In this document: positions 50,314-50,614 of the stretch, one piece after another
Position numbering within the stretch: position 1 is the stretch's first letter
Layout: every line of letters begins with the position of its first letter
DNA from: Protoeuglena noctilucae
Lineage: Eukaryota
Length of the DNA: 50,614 bases
Reading direction: 5' to 3'
NCBI GenBank assembly: GCA_958009085.1
Contig: OY253690.1
Coordinates: forward strand, 372,001-422,614
The notes under the pieces: generated by a model
The model's database searches: none
Told to the model about the DNA's origin: nothing
What the model saw: the letters and a program-made list of their open reading frames with translations, nothing else
Translations under genes and position numbers: made by a program

Positions 50314-50614
50314 AGGTTTAGGGTAAGGGTTGGTTAGGTAGGGTTAGTTTTAGGCAGGTCAGTTTTTTTAGGGTTAGGTTAGGAGGGCAGGGTTAGGGTT
50401 AGGGTCAGGGTCAGGTAGGGTTAGGGTTAGGGTTAGGTAGGTTTAGGTTTTGGGGTAGGGTCAGGGTTAGGGTTAGGGTTAGGGTTAGGGTTAGGGTTAG
50501 GGTTAGGGTTAGGGTTAGGGTTAGGGTTAGGGTTAGGGTTAGGGTTAGGGTTAGGGTTAGGGTTAGGGTTAGGGTTAGGGTTAGGGTTAGGGTTAGGGTT
50601 AGGGTTAGGGTAGG
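50314..50614 (+). repeat. Telomere: degenerate proximal repeats, then (TTAGGG)n
   Basis: Variant units (TCAGGG, TTAGGT, TTTAGGG) at 50314-50466, then about 24 perfect TTAGGG copies from 50467 to the window end. Confidence 0.98.

Overview
The window is the right-hand ~50 kb of a chromosome from a GC-rich, intron-rich eukaryote and ends in (TTAGGG)n telomere repeats. The host is most likely a green alga, because it has a nuclear-encoded plastid HSP70 with a simple transit peptide. Positions 1 to ~11,250 are the right part of an endogenous Polinton-like virus (PLV)/virophage-type element. Its intronless, overlapping genes encode a propeller+fibre receptor-binding protein, an A32-like packaging ATPase, a probable minor capsid (penton) protein, a class-3 lipase and a C5 DNA methyltransferase. 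They are followed by a small spliced gene and three tandem-repeat blocks that look like a terminal repeat region. No major capsid, polymerase or integrase gene is visible in the window. Next come CACTG-ended transposon remnants and a cluster of secretory-pathway glycan-modifying genes (sulfotransferase, GT-A paralogs, GT61 paralogs). Core host genes follow: histone H1, a two-finger GATA factor, HSP70B and a coiled-coil protein. The last gene is a ~12 kb spliced gene encoding a giant signal-peptide-bearing Gly/Ser/Thr beta-repeat, fibre-like protein with a 513-bp higher-order repeat; it stops ~180 bp before the telomere. GC-AG introns are strikingly frequent. Exon boundaries were inferred by eye and no database searches were run.
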